A stretch of DNA of 64,000 nt, from positions 9,131-73,130 of the forward strand of contig QJVW01000069.1 of the NCBI GenBank assembly GCA_003235575.1, given 5' to 3'. Both the position numbers and the translations under genes were made by a program. Each line of letters starts with the position of its first letter. Position 1 is the first letter of the stretch. This DNA comes from Candidatus Eiseniibacteriota bacterium (lineage in GTDB: Bacteria > Eisenbacteria > RBG-16-71-46 > SZUA-252). The notes under the pieces were generated by a model. It had not been told where the DNA came from. It made no database searches and saw only the letters and a list, made by a program, of their open reading frames with translations. Positions 47,125-56,206 of this stretch are shown here, in pieces.

Positions 47125-48741
47125 GTGACGAAAAGCGATCAGCGAAAATTCGTCTTCACCCTCGCCGGCCTGGCGGTGTGTCTCTACACGCTTTGGCCGA
47201 CTTTCCAGTTCTATGCCAAGTCGCCGGCGGAGCGTCAGGAAGTGCTCCAGGCCAGGCCCGCGGCGGCCACGAACGCCGAGGAACGCCAGCGGCTGCAAAA
47301 ACTGGCCGACCTTCGTGAAAAGTCGATCAAGCTCGGACTCGACCTTCAGGGAGGCATGTATCTCCTCCTGGAGGTGGACAAGTCGAAGCTCGGCCCGGCC
47401 GAGGCGAAGAACGCCGTCGACCAGGCGATGCAGATCATCCGCAACCGGATCGACCAGTTCGGCGTGGCCGAGCCCAGCATTCAGAAGCAGGGCGACAACC
47501 GTATTCTGATCCAGCTTCCCGGGCTCCTCGATCAGGAACGGGCCAAGGAGTTGATCGGCCAGACCGCGCTCCTCGACTTCAAGCTCGTCAAGACGGACGA
47601 GGAACAGCGCGCGATCATCGACCGCATCGACACCTACTTCGAGTCGAAGGCCGCCGCCGACAGCGGCGCGGTCCGCGACTCGCTTTCACGCCCCTTCTCC
47701 TCGCTCTTCCTCAGCGTCGCGCAGGCCGGCGAATCGTTCGCGCTCTCCGAGAACGAGGCGATGCTGAACGGCATGATCCAGGAATTGCGCGCCGACTCGA
47801 CCTTTGTGCTGGACGGAACGATGGCCTGGGAGGCGCACCAGTCCGAGCGCGAAGGCCGAACCGGCCGCGTCTTCTACATCCTGACGAAGGAACCCCTCAT
47901 GCAGGGGAAGGAAGTCCAGAGCGCCCAGATGCGTCTGGACCTCGACCAGCAGCGGCCCGGAGCGCCAGGCGTTTCGTTCACGCTCACCAGCCGCGGCGGC
48001 GCCATGTTCGCGGATATCACCGGCTCGAATACCGGGCGGCGCCTCGCGATCGTTCTCGACAATCGCGTCCAGTCGGCGCCGAACATCTTGGAGCGAATCC
48101 CCCGCGGCCAGGGCTCCATCACCGGCAATTTCACGGAGGAAGAGGCCCAGAACCTCTCGATCGTGCTTCGGTCGGGCGCGCTGCCGGCTCCGGTGAACGT
48201 GGTGGAGGAGCGAACGGTTGGGCCGTCGCTCGGCCAGGACTCGATCCAGAAGGGGTTGATGGCCGGCGCCATGGGCGCTGGAGCGGTCGTCCTCTTCATG
48301 CTGATCTACTACCGCCTCTCCGGCGTCGTGGCGGTGGTGGCGCTGGTTTTGAACATCATCGCGCTGCTCGCCTGCATGGCGGGATTCCACGCCACGCTCA
48401 CCCTTCCCGGTATCGCGGGGGTCGTGCTCACGATCGGAATGGCGGTGGACGCGAACGTGCTGATCTTCGAGCGCATCCGTGAGGAATTGCGCCACAAGAA
48501 GACCGTCATGGCCGCGATCGAAACCGGGTATGCGCGCGCGTACCGCACGATCGTGGACGCGAACGTAACCACGCTCCTCTCGGCGCTCGCGCTCATGTGG
48601 TTCGGAACCGGACCCATCCGCGGATTCGCCGTGACCCTTTCGATCGGCTTGATCATCAACATGATCACGGCGGTCGGCGTATCCAAGATGATCTTCGACG
48701 CCTGGTCGCTGCGTCGCAAGGTCAACAGCATCAGCATTTAA
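47125..48741 (+). CDS. secD: Protein translocase subunit SecD
   Basis: LGLDLQGG, RIDQFGVAEP, LRSGALP, VGPSLG, GMAVDANVLIFERIREE; AGGAG RBS before GTG. Confidence 0.97.
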   Translation: MTKSDQRKFVFTLAGLAVCLYTLWPTFQFYAKSPAERQEVLQARPAAATNAEERQRLQKLADLREKSIKLGLDLQGGMYLLLEVDKSKLGPAEAKNAVDQAMQIIRNRIDQFGVAEPSIQKQGDNRILIQLPGLLDQERAKELIGQTALLDFKLVKTDEEQRAIIDRIDTYFESKAAADSGAVRDSLSRPFSSLFLSVAQAGESFALSENEAMLNGMIQELRADSTFVLDGTMAWEAHQSEREGRTGRVFYILTKEPLMQGKEVQSAQMRLDLDQQRPGAPGVSFTLTSRGGAMFADITGSNTGRRLAIVLDNRVQSAPNILERIPRGQGSITGNFTEEEAQNLSIVLRSGALPAPVNVVEERTVGPSLGQDSIQKGLMAGAMGAGAVVLFMLIYYRLSGVVAVVALVLNIIALLACMAGFHATLTLPGIAGVVLTIGMAVDANVLIFERIREELRHKKTVMAAIETGYARAYRTIVDANVTTLLSALALMWFGTGPIRGFAVTLSIGLIINMITAVGVSKMIFDAWSLRRKVNSISI

Positions 48742-48751
48742 GGGAGGCTCG

Positions 48752-49660
48752 GTGCTCGAAATCCTCCGTGGCATCAACGTCGACTGGATGCAGCGTCGCC
48801 GCATCGCCTACGCGGTGTCCGGCCTGGCTGTGCTTCTTTCGATCGGCTCGCTGGTCCTGCACGGCGGCCCGCGCTACGGCGTCGATTTCACGGGCGGGAC
48901 CCTGATGGAGGTCGAGATCGCGCCGGCCCCGGGCGTGGAGGCGGTGCGCGACGTCGTGACGGGCGTGGGCGTGGAAGGGGCGGAAATTCAGCGCCTCGAT
49001 CGCCCGGGCCTGTACCTCATCCGCATGGGCACGCGGGCCGGCGTCAAGGACCCCTCCCCGTCGATCCGCACCGCGCTGGAGCAGGCCATGAGCGACGCCG
49101 TCGTGACGGTCCATCGCGTCGAGACCGTCGGCCCCCGCGTCGGCAGCGAGCTCCGGAGCGCCGCGTTGAACGCGATCTTCCTGGCGTTGGGGCTGATTCT
49201 CGTCTACGTCGCCATCCGGTATGACTGGCGCTACTCGCTGGGCGCGATCGCCGCGCTCTTTCACGACGTCTTCATCGCCCTGGGCGCGGTCTCCATCACC
49301 AATCGCGAGGTCACGCTGACGGTCGTGGCGGCATTCCTGACGATCGCGGGTTTCTCGATCAACGATACGATCGTGGTGTTCGACCGAATTCGGGAGCGCC
49401 GCCAGACGATGCGCCGCGACCCGGCCGAGAAGGTCATGAACGTCGCGATCAACGAAACGCTCAGCCGCACCATCATCACGTCGCTGACCGTGGCCCTGAC
49501 GGTCGTGGCTCTCTTCTTCTTCGGCGGCGAGGTGATCCACGACTTCTCGTTCGCCATGCTCGTCGGCGTTGTGTTCGGGACGTACTCCTCCGTGTACGTC
49601 GCCAGCGCCCTGGCGCTCGAAACACAGCTGTGGCTCGAGGGAAGGGGTCGCAAGAAGTAG
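48752..49660 (+). CDS. secF: Protein translocase subunit SecF
   Basis: GVDFTGGT, VGPRVG, HD, GFSINDTIVVFDRIRE, TLSRTIITS, GTYSS. Confidence 0.97.
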   Translation: MLEILRGINVDWMQRRRIAYAVSGLAVLLSIGSLVLHGGPRYGVDFTGGTLMEVEIAPAPGVEAVRDVVTGVGVEGAEIQRLDRPGLYLIRMGTRAGVKDPSPSIRTALEQAMSDAVVTVHRVETVGPRVGSELRSAALNAIFLALGLILVYVAIRYDWRYSLGAIAALFHDVFIALGAVSITNREVTLTVVAAFLTIAGFSINDTIVVFDRIRERRQTMRRDPAEKVMNVAINETLSRTIITSLTVALTVVALFFFGGEVIHDFSFAMLVGVVFGTYSSVYVASALALETQLWLEGRGRKK

Positions 49661-49707
49661 TCGCCGCGCCCCGGCCGCGGATCCCGCGCCCGGCCGACAT
49701 GGAGGGG

Positions 49708-50241
49708 ATGATGCGAATTCGCCGTCATCGCGGTCCCGGCCGCCCCTTCGTTGGCGTTCTCTGCTTCCTGGCGATCACATTGGCGCCCGGCCTTACGACC
49801 GCAGCCGAGAACGGCGCCGCGGCCGAACCGCCCGATGCTCCCAACGCTTCACCCGTCCGCGCCATGCCCCAGCGCACCCCCGCGCAGCTCTTCGCCGGGG
49901 TCGAGAGCGCCTGGGCCGCCGGCGCCGCCGCGACGATCGCCTCGTACTGCGACAGCGCGACCGCGCACGTCTCCCTCAAGCCCGGAGGCTCTCCCGCATC
50001 GGCGCCGACGCTGGGCGGCTTGAGCTTCCTGATCCACGACCAACTTCGCTTCGTCGTCACGAAACAGTTCCGCATCGTCCGGTTCGAGGTGGACGGAAAG
50101 AAGCGCACCGCCCGGGCGTGGGCGCGGTGGAACGGCGATTGGGGCGGCGCGAAGGGCGCCCGCGATCTGGAGGTCCAGCTTACCGCCCGCGCGCGTTCGG
50201 ACGGGCTGTGGCTCCTGACGGAAATACGAGCGAACGATTGA
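49708..50241 (+). CDS. Hypothetical exported protein, NTF2-like (DUF4783-like)
   Basis: GGAGG RBS, signal peptide, AWAAG.A..IASY helix, ends WLLTEIR. Confidence 0.55.
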   Translation: MMRIRRHRGPGRPFVGVLCFLAITLAPGLTTAAENGAAAEPPDAPNASPVRAMPQRTPAQLFAGVESAWAAGAAATIASYCDSATAHVSLKPGGSPASAPTLGGLSFLIHDQLRFVVTKQFRIVRFEVDGKKRTARAWARWNGDWGGAKGARDLEVQLTARARSDGLWLLTEIRAND

Positions 50242-50293
50242 GTCGCCGTCACGCCGTGCGTGACCGTCGCGTCCGGCCGGTTCCCCCGACGAT

Positions 50294-51139
50294 ATGACCG
50301 AAGACGTCCTCTACACGTCCGACCTTCACGGCAGCGAATCCCACTACCGCCAAACGCTCGAATGGGCGCGCCGCGTGGGCGCGCGGGCGATCCTCCTGGG
50401 CGGCGACCTGGCGCCGCACGGCTCGATCGACGAGCAGGCGACCTTCTACACGTCGTTCTTCCTGCCGCTGTTCCGTTCCTACTTCGAGGAGAACGGCGCC
50501 GCCGATGTGTGGTGGATCATGGGCAACGACGACTGGGCGGCCAACGTTCCCCTGCTGGAGCGCGCGGGGTTGGGCCGCCTGCGCCACGCGCACGGCCGCG
50601 TCTGCGCGTTCCTGGATGGCTGGTCGCTGGCCGGCTCCGCGTTCGTGCCGGCCAGTCCGTTCGCGCTCAAGGACTGGGAACGCTGGGAGGACGGTCTGGG
50701 ACCCTCCACCCGCCGGGACGGGTTCCGTTCCAGCGCCCAGGGCGGGTCGCTGCCGTTCTCGTTCGTCGGCCGCGAGCGGAGCGAGGCGATCGCCGCCGAG
50801 TTCGCCACCATCGGGCGCCAGTGGCCCGAGGATCCGTCCCGCGTGATCTGTATGTTCCACGGGCCGCCCTACGGCACGGCGCTGGACCAGTTGCACGGCA
50901 ACGTCCACGTCGGCTCGCGCGAGACGAGGCGGTTCCTCGAGGAGCGCCGGCCGCCCCTCTCCTTGCATGGCCATATTCACGAATCGCCCCACGTTTCGGG
51001 TCGATTCTCCGATCGTGTGAACGAAACGGTCTGCGTGAACCCCGGCCAGGACCCACGTCAGCCGCTGAAGGCCGTTACCTTTCGAATGAGCGATCCGGCC
51101 GGCACGCTGCGGCACACCGTGATGGGGACCGCGCCATGA
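50294..51139 (+). CDS. Calcineurin-like metallophosphoesterase (Icc-related)
   Basis: SDLHG, GGDL, GNDD, HGPP, HGHIHE, VNPG. Confidence 0.88.
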   Translation: MTEDVLYTSDLHGSESHYRQTLEWARRVGARAILLGGDLAPHGSIDEQATFYTSFFLPLFRSYFEENGAADVWWIMGNDDWAANVPLLERAGLGRLRHAHGRVCAFLDGWSLAGSAFVPASPFALKDWERWEDGLGPSTRRDGFRSSAQGGSLPFSFVGRERSEAIAAEFATIGRQWPEDPSRVICMFHGPPYGTALDQLHGNVHVGSRETRRFLEERRPPLSLHGHIHESPHVSGRFSDRVNETVCVNPGQDPRQPLKAVTFRMSDPAGTLRHTVMGTAP

Positions 51140-51852
51140 ACATTCGCGTTCTGCAGCACGTCCCGCACGAAGGTCCCGCGGCGATCGCCGCGTGGGCCGC
51201 GGAGCGTGGGCACGCGCTCGCGACGACGCGACTCGATCGCGGCGAGCCCCTTCCCGCCGTCGAATCGTTCGATGCGCTGGTGTTGATGGGGGGGCCGATG
51301 AGCGTGCACGACGAGACGGCGTATCCGTGGCTGGTGGCGGAGAAGCGGTTTCTCGAGCAGGTGCTCCAATGCGACCGCCGCGTTCTGGGCGTCTGCCTCG
51401 GCGCGCAGCTGATCGCCGCGGCGTTGGGGCGCCGCGTCTACGCAGCGCCGGTGGCCGAGATCGGCTGGCATCCCGTGACCACGTTGCCGGCGGCGGCGCG
51501 CTCGCGGACCTTCGCGGAAATGCCGTCGCCAATGGTGCCGTTTCACTGGCACGGCGAAACGTTCGATTTGCCCGAAGGCGCGCTCCACCTGGCGAAATCC
51601 GAACCATGTCCGAACCAGGCGTTCGAGATCGAATTCGACGGAGGGCCCCAGCGCGGCGGGGCCCTGGCGCTCGCCCTCCAATTCCACCTCGAGGCGACCG
51701 AGGAGAGCGTGCGCGCGATGATCGAGGCCGATGGCGCCGCGCTCGCCCGCGTTCCGGGAGCACCCCGCCCCGAGGACCTGCTCGCCAAACCCTCCCTGTG
51801 GAAGGCGAACCGCCCCCTCCTGGACGACGTCCTCGACCGACTGATGTCCTGA
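51136..51852 (+). CDS. Type 1 glutamine amidotransferase domain protein
   Basis: LQHVPHEGP, MGGPMSV, GVCLGAQ, WHGETF, QFHLE triad; ATGA overlap. Confidence 0.9.
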   Translation: MNIRVLQHVPHEGPAAIAAWAAERGHALATTRLDRGEPLPAVESFDALVLMGGPMSVHDETAYPWLVAEKRFLEQVLQCDRRVLGVCLGAQLIAAALGRRVYAAPVAEIGWHPVTTLPAAARSRTFAEMPSPMVPFHWHGETFDLPEGALHLAKSEPCPNQAFEIEFDGGPQRGGALALALQFHLEATEESVRAMIEADGAALARVPGAPRPEDLLAKPSLWKANRPLLDDVLDRLMS

Positions 51853-51860
51853 ACCTCAAG

Positions 51861-51889
51861 CCCCGCGCGAGGTTGCCCGCGCGCGGGGG
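51861..51889 (+). terminator. GC-rich hairpin after GATase gene
   Basis: CCCCGCGCG...CGCGCGGGG inverted repeat, no U-tract. Confidence 0.35.
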
Positions 51890-51931
51890 GCCGGAACCGC
51901 GTCTCCCCGAAACAGGCGCGCCTCCACCTGC

Positions 51932-51958
51932 GGAACTGGGCGTAAGTGCCGATGTATT
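51932..51958 (+). promoter_or_regulatory. Putative ECF-sigma promoter upstream of DUF4159 operon
   Basis: GGAACT...: GAAC(51933-51936)-N16-TGTAT(51953-51957). Confidence 0.4.
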
Positions 51959-52068
51959 GCTAGATATGGCTGCCCGAGGATCGGCGGCTCTCTGGTACGC
52001 TAGGGGATACCCCCGGGACGGCTTCCGCCCCGCGCCCGCCCGACCACGTTAGGATTACGTAACGACCT

Positions 52069-52779
52069 ATGCGACTTAATGTTAAGGCGTTCTACATCGT
52101 TATTTCGGCGATTCTCCTCGTCGGCGCGGCCCTTCCCACGCCGGCGGCGTCGCAGACGGCCGGCCACCGCTCGGAGCTGTCGGGCGGATTCACGATCGCG
52201 CGCCTCAAGTACACGGGGGGAGGGGATTGGTACTCGGATGAGACCAGTCTCCGGAATCTGCTCCGCACGCTCCGGTCGCGGAACGACGTGCGCGTCGCCC
52301 AGGAAACCGAGGCCGTCGTCACGGCCACCGACCCCGAGTTGTGGAACTACCCCATGCTCTTCATGACGGGACATGGGAACGTGAAGATGAGCGACGAGGA
52401 GCGCCGCGCCTTGCGATCGTACCTCGATCAGGGCGGCCTGCTCTGGGCGGACGACAACTTCGGCCTCGATCCTTCGTTTCGCGCGCTGATGGCGCAGATC
52501 TATCCCGAGGAGGCGTTGACCGAGCTGCCGTTCTCCCACGAGATCTTTCGCGTGCCCAACGCGTTCCCCGGCGGACCGCCGAAGGTGCACGAACACGACG
52601 GCGGTCCGGCGCGCGTCTTCGCCCTGCACCACAAGGGCCGGATCGTGGTTCTCTACACCTTCGACGCCGATATCGGAAACGGCATCGAGGATCCCGGCAT
52701 TCACGACGACACCCCCGAGAAACGCGCCGCCGCGATGCGCTTCGCCGTGAACATCGCCATGTACGCGCTGTCCCATTGA
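52069..52779 (+). CDS. Exported DUF4159-domain protein
   Basis: Signal peptide; IARLKYTGGGDWY, YPMLFMTGHG, LRSYLDQGGLLWADDNFG, PPKVHEHDG. Confidence 0.85.
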   Translation: MRLNVKAFYIVISAILLVGAALPTPAASQTAGHRSELSGGFTIARLKYTGGGDWYSDETSLRNLLRTLRSRNDVRVAQETEAVVTATDPELWNYPMLFMTGHGNVKMSDEERRALRSYLDQGGLLWADDNFGLDPSFRALMAQIYPEEALTELPFSHEIFRVPNAFPGGPPKVHEHDGGPARVFALHHKGRIVVLYTFDADIGNGIEDPGIHDDTPEKRAAAMRFAVNIAMYALSH

Positions 52780-52792
52780 GGTCGATCGACGC

Positions 52793-55700
52793 ATGAGCCC
52801 CGCCCACGACATCTTGGCCCTTCACCTCGCCCGGGCGAAGCGCGCCCTCTTCCGTCGCGCGGCCGAGCGGACCGCGCTCCCGCTCGTGGCGCTCGCCGCC
52901 GTGCTCGCGGCCCTGGCGCTCGTGATCGCATTGAGCATGACCCTCTACCGCGGGCACTACTCGCTGCTTCGCCTGGTTCTCCTGGCCGGCGGCGCCGCCC
53001 TCCTGGTGGCGGGCGTCTGGAGGATGCTCCGCGAGCACATGAACGAGGATCACATCGCGATCGCGACGGGATCGCTGGAGCCCGAGCGCAAGGATCAGAT
53101 CCTGGCCGCGCTGGAGCTCGCGCGCGAAGCGAAGCGGGAGGAGCGAACGCGGTCGGGTGGCGCGGACGAGGCCGGCCGCGCCGCGGCCCCCGAAGCTTCC
53201 GCTTCGTTGCGCGACGCGGCGATCGCCCACGCGGCGGAGACGACCGCGCGGTTGCCGCTCGAACGTCTCGCCGATTGGCCGGCGCGTCGACGCTGGATCG
53301 GCATCGCCGCGGGTTCGTTCGCCATCGCGGCGATCGCCGCCCTGTCCGGCGGCGCGCGCACGCCGACGGTGCTGGCGCACATCGCCGACCCCGCGTCCGC
53401 GCCCAAGGCGCCGATTTCGATCCGCGTGACGCCCGGCTCCACCGAGATCGAGGGGGGCGCCTCCGTGGTCGTGCGCGCGTTCGTGCGCGGATCGGGCGCC
53501 CGTCCGAAGATGCTGGTCTTCGATCGGCCGACCGAAGGCGGCGACCCCGCCTGGCGGGAGCGGGCCCTGGGCGATCCGGACACCGACACGCGGGGTGAAG
53601 CGCAGCGCGGCGAACGCGCCTACGAGGTGCGCCTCCCGAACGTGAAGGAGGATCTCCGGTACAAGGTGCGCGTCGCGGACGCCGAATCGCCGACGTTCGG
53701 TCTTTCGGTGCGGGACCTCCCGCGGGCCACGGGCTTCCGCATTCGCTACGACTATCCCGCCTACACCGGACTTCCGGACGAGGAGATCCGCGCCCTGACC
53801 GGGGATCTCGTCGCGCCGCGTGGAACCAAGGCGCGGCTCGAGGTCACCTTGAACCGCGACGCGGCCTCGGCCACGCTGATCGGCGAACGCACGCGCCTTC
53901 GCATCGACGGGGAGCGCGGGGAGCGGCTCGTGCGCTTCGACGTACCGATGCAACACGACGACGCCATCCTCGTGCGCCTCACGGACGCGCGCGGCCGTCG
54001 CTCCGACTTGGGTCCCTTCGAGCTTCGTGCGATTCCCGACCGGCCGCCGGCCGTGACGGTTCTCGCGCCCGACGTCGTGGCGGATGTCGGACGCGACATG
54101 GTCTCCGTGATCATCGCCGGCGTCACCGACGATCACGGCGTGCGCAAGGTGCTCCTCCGCTACCGGGCACGGGACGAGCAGGAAACGACGGACGTGCTCC
54201 ACGAGGAACGCGCCGGCTCGCGGGAACTTGCCGTGCGGTACACCTGGCCGCTCCAGCCGATGAATTTGCTCCCCGGCGAGGAAATCGCCTATCAAGTCGG
54301 CGCCGTCGACGGCAACGCCGTGGATGGACCCCAGACTACCTGGTCCGATGAGCGCCGGCTCCGCTTCCCCAGCGCGACCGAAATCCTTGCGTCGATGCAG
54401 CAGGAGCGAGACGAATCGATCGAGGCGCTGGAGGAAGCCGTTCGCGGCGCGCGCGAGTTGCAGCAACGGACCGAGGAGCTGCGCCAAGACCTGGGACGGT
54501 CCCGCGAAATGACGTGGGAGCAGCGCCAGGAGGTCCAGAAGGCGATCGAGGGGCAGCAGCAGCTGCGCGAGACGATCGACCAGGTGACCGACCAGCTCCA
54601 GCAGGGCGCGGAAAAGTTGTCCCAGTCGCGCGCGCTGAACGCAGAGCTGGTGCAGAAGATCACCGAACTGCAGGAGCTCCTGAGCCAGATCAAGGATCAG
54701 TCGCTGCTGCGCGCCATGCAACGGATGCAGCAAGCGATGAAGAACATGACGCCCGAGGAAATGGAGCGGGCGCTCCAGAACTTCAAGCTCTCGCAGGACG
54801 ACGTGCTCCGGAACATCGAGCGGACGATCGAGCTCTTGAAACAGATCCGCATGGAAGAGCGGCTCGAGACCGCTTCGGAACGCGCCGCCGAGATGGAACG
54901 CCGACAGATCGCGCTCAACGATTCACTGTCGCGCGCGCGCGAGAAGGAAGCGACCCAGTCGCTGGCGAAACGCGAGGCGGAGATCGCGGCGATGTCCGAC
55001 GAGCAAAAGAAGGCGATGGACGAGCTGGCGAAGGATCTTCAGTCGATGGATCCTCAGAGCGCGAAGGAGGCCCAGTCGCTGAGCCGCGACCTGGGCCCGG
55101 AGGGTCTGGAGCCGGAGCTCCAGCAGGCGGAGCAGCAGCTGGCGTCGGGCGACCGGGACGAAGCCAAGCCCTCCACCCAGTCGCTTCGCGAGCGGCTGGA
55201 AAGCCTGCGCCGCCGCACGGATCAAATGCGCGAGAACTTCCGGGATCGGAAGAAGAACGCGCTGGCGAAGGAGATGGAGGACGCGGCGCAGGATCTTCTC
55301 GACGTGGCGTCGCTCCAGGAGAGCATGCTGCGCGACGAGGAGAGCACCGTCGGCGAACGCGCGGAGAAGCAAAAGGGGCTGGAGGAGGCGACGGAGCAGG
55401 CGACGAAGAAGATCGCGGACATCGCCAAGCAGACGCTCTTCATGACGCCCGACGTGACCCAGGCCGTCGGTCGCGCGCTGCAAAATCAGGCGAGCGCCGT
55501 CGGCAGGTACTCCCAGCAGGACCTCATGGGCGGGCTGATGGGGACCAAGGAGTCCACGATCGCGCTGAACCAGGCCGCGACCGGTCTCCTCAAGGCCCGC
55601 GAATCGATGCAGGGATCGAAGTCGTCGACCGGCATGTCGGAGGCCATGCAGCAGATGCAGGGCCTGGCGGGCGACCAGCAGGCGCTGAACGATCAGGCGA

Positions 55701-56206
55701 TGGGCATGATGCCCGGCGGGCCCGGATCGCAGGACGGGAGCGGCGGCCGCCTGAGTCCCGGAGACGGCGAGGCGATGTCGCGCATGGCGGCGGAGCAGGA
55801 GGCGATTCGGCGCGGGCTCGAGGAAGCCCTGCAAAAGATGGGGAAGGGCGGCGGCAAGCCGCTGGGCGACATGGGGAACGTCGCGGACGAAATGAAGGCG
55901 GTGGAGCAGGACCTCCGGGCCGGCCGCCTCGATCAGGAAACGGTGCGGCGCCAGCAGCGGATTCTCAGCCGCCTTCTCGACGCGCCGCGCGCCGTGGAGA
56001 AGCGCGACTACTCGCGCAAGCGGAAGTCGCGACCCGGCGTCGACGTGGTCCGATCCTCGCCCGGCGCGCTCTCGCCGGAGCTCCTGAAGGCGAGGCCGTC
56101 CTTGGCGTCCCTCCTCGCGAAGGGAAGCCGCGATCCGGTGACGCCCGAGTTCCGCGCGTTGGTCGATCAATACCTCGAGTCGCTGATGAAGGAGGGGGGC
56201 CGATGA
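52793..56206 (+). CDS. Large membrane-anchored Ig-like + coiled-coil protein (DUF4175-like)
   Basis: Three N-terminal TMs, YPAYTG, PDRPP.V, DDHGV beta domains, about 550 aa Q/E-rich coiled coil, RQQRILSRLL. Confidence 0.75.
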   Translation: MSPAHDILALHLARAKRALFRRAAERTALPLVALAAVLAALALVIALSMTLYRGHYSLLRLVLLAGGAALLVAGVWRMLREHMNEDHIAIATGSLEPERKDQILAALELAREAKREERTRSGGADEAGRAAAPEASASLRDAAIAHAAETTARLPLERLADWPARRRWIGIAAGSFAIAAIAALSGGARTPTVLAHIADPASAPKAPISIRVTPGSTEIEGGASVVVRAFVRGSGARPKMLVFDRPTEGGDPAWRERALGDPDTDTRGEAQRGERAYEVRLPNVKEDLRYKVRVADAESPTFGLSVRDLPRATGFRIRYDYPAYTGLPDEEIRALTGDLVAPRGTKARLEVTLNRDAASATLIGERTRLRIDGERGERLVRFDVPMQHDDAILVRLTDARGRRSDLGPFELRAIPDRPPAVTVLAPDVVADVGRDMVSVIIAGVTDDHGVRKVLLRYRARDEQETTDVLHEERAGSRELAVRYTWPLQPMNLLPGEEIAYQVGAVDGNAVDGPQTTWSDERRLRFPSATEILASMQQERDESIEALEEAVRGARELQQRTEELRQDLGRSREMTWEQRQEVQKAIEGQQQLRETIDQVTDQLQQGAEKLSQSRALNAELVQKITELQELLSQIKDQSLLRAMQRMQQAMKNMTPEEMERALQNFKLSQDDVLRNIERTIELLKQIRMEERLETASERAAEMERRQIALNDSLSRAREKEATQSLAKREAEIAAMSDEQKKAMDELAKDLQSMDPQSAKEAQSLSRDLGPEGLEPELQQAEQQLASGDRDEAKPSTQSLRERLESLRRRTDQMRENFRDRKKNALAKEMEDAAQDLLDVASLQESMLRDEESTVGERAEKQKGLEEATEQATKKIADIAKQTLFMTPDVTQAVGRALQNQASAVGRYSQQDLMGGLMGTKESTIALNQAATGLLKARESMQGSKSSTGMSEAMQQMQGLAGDQQALNDQAMGMMPGGPGSQDGSGGRLSPGDGEAMSRMAAEQEAIRRGLEEALQKMGKGGGKPLGDMGNVADEMKAVEQDLRAGRLDQETVRRQQRILSRLLDAPRAVEKRDYSRKRKSRPGVDVVRSSPGALSPELLKARPSLASLLAKGSRDPVTPEFRALVDQYLESLMKEGGR

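Noticed and set aside
52060..52087. dif-like site (TAATGTTAAGG resembles a XerD arm)
   Set aside because: No XerC arm ending ATAA at the right spacing, and the region is origin-proximal
52048..52087. Possible Pho box (GTTAG/GTAAC/GTTAA at 11-bp multiples) at the DUF4159 start
   Set aside because: Units inconsistent in orientation and one missing; explained as well by the 25-bp palindromic element
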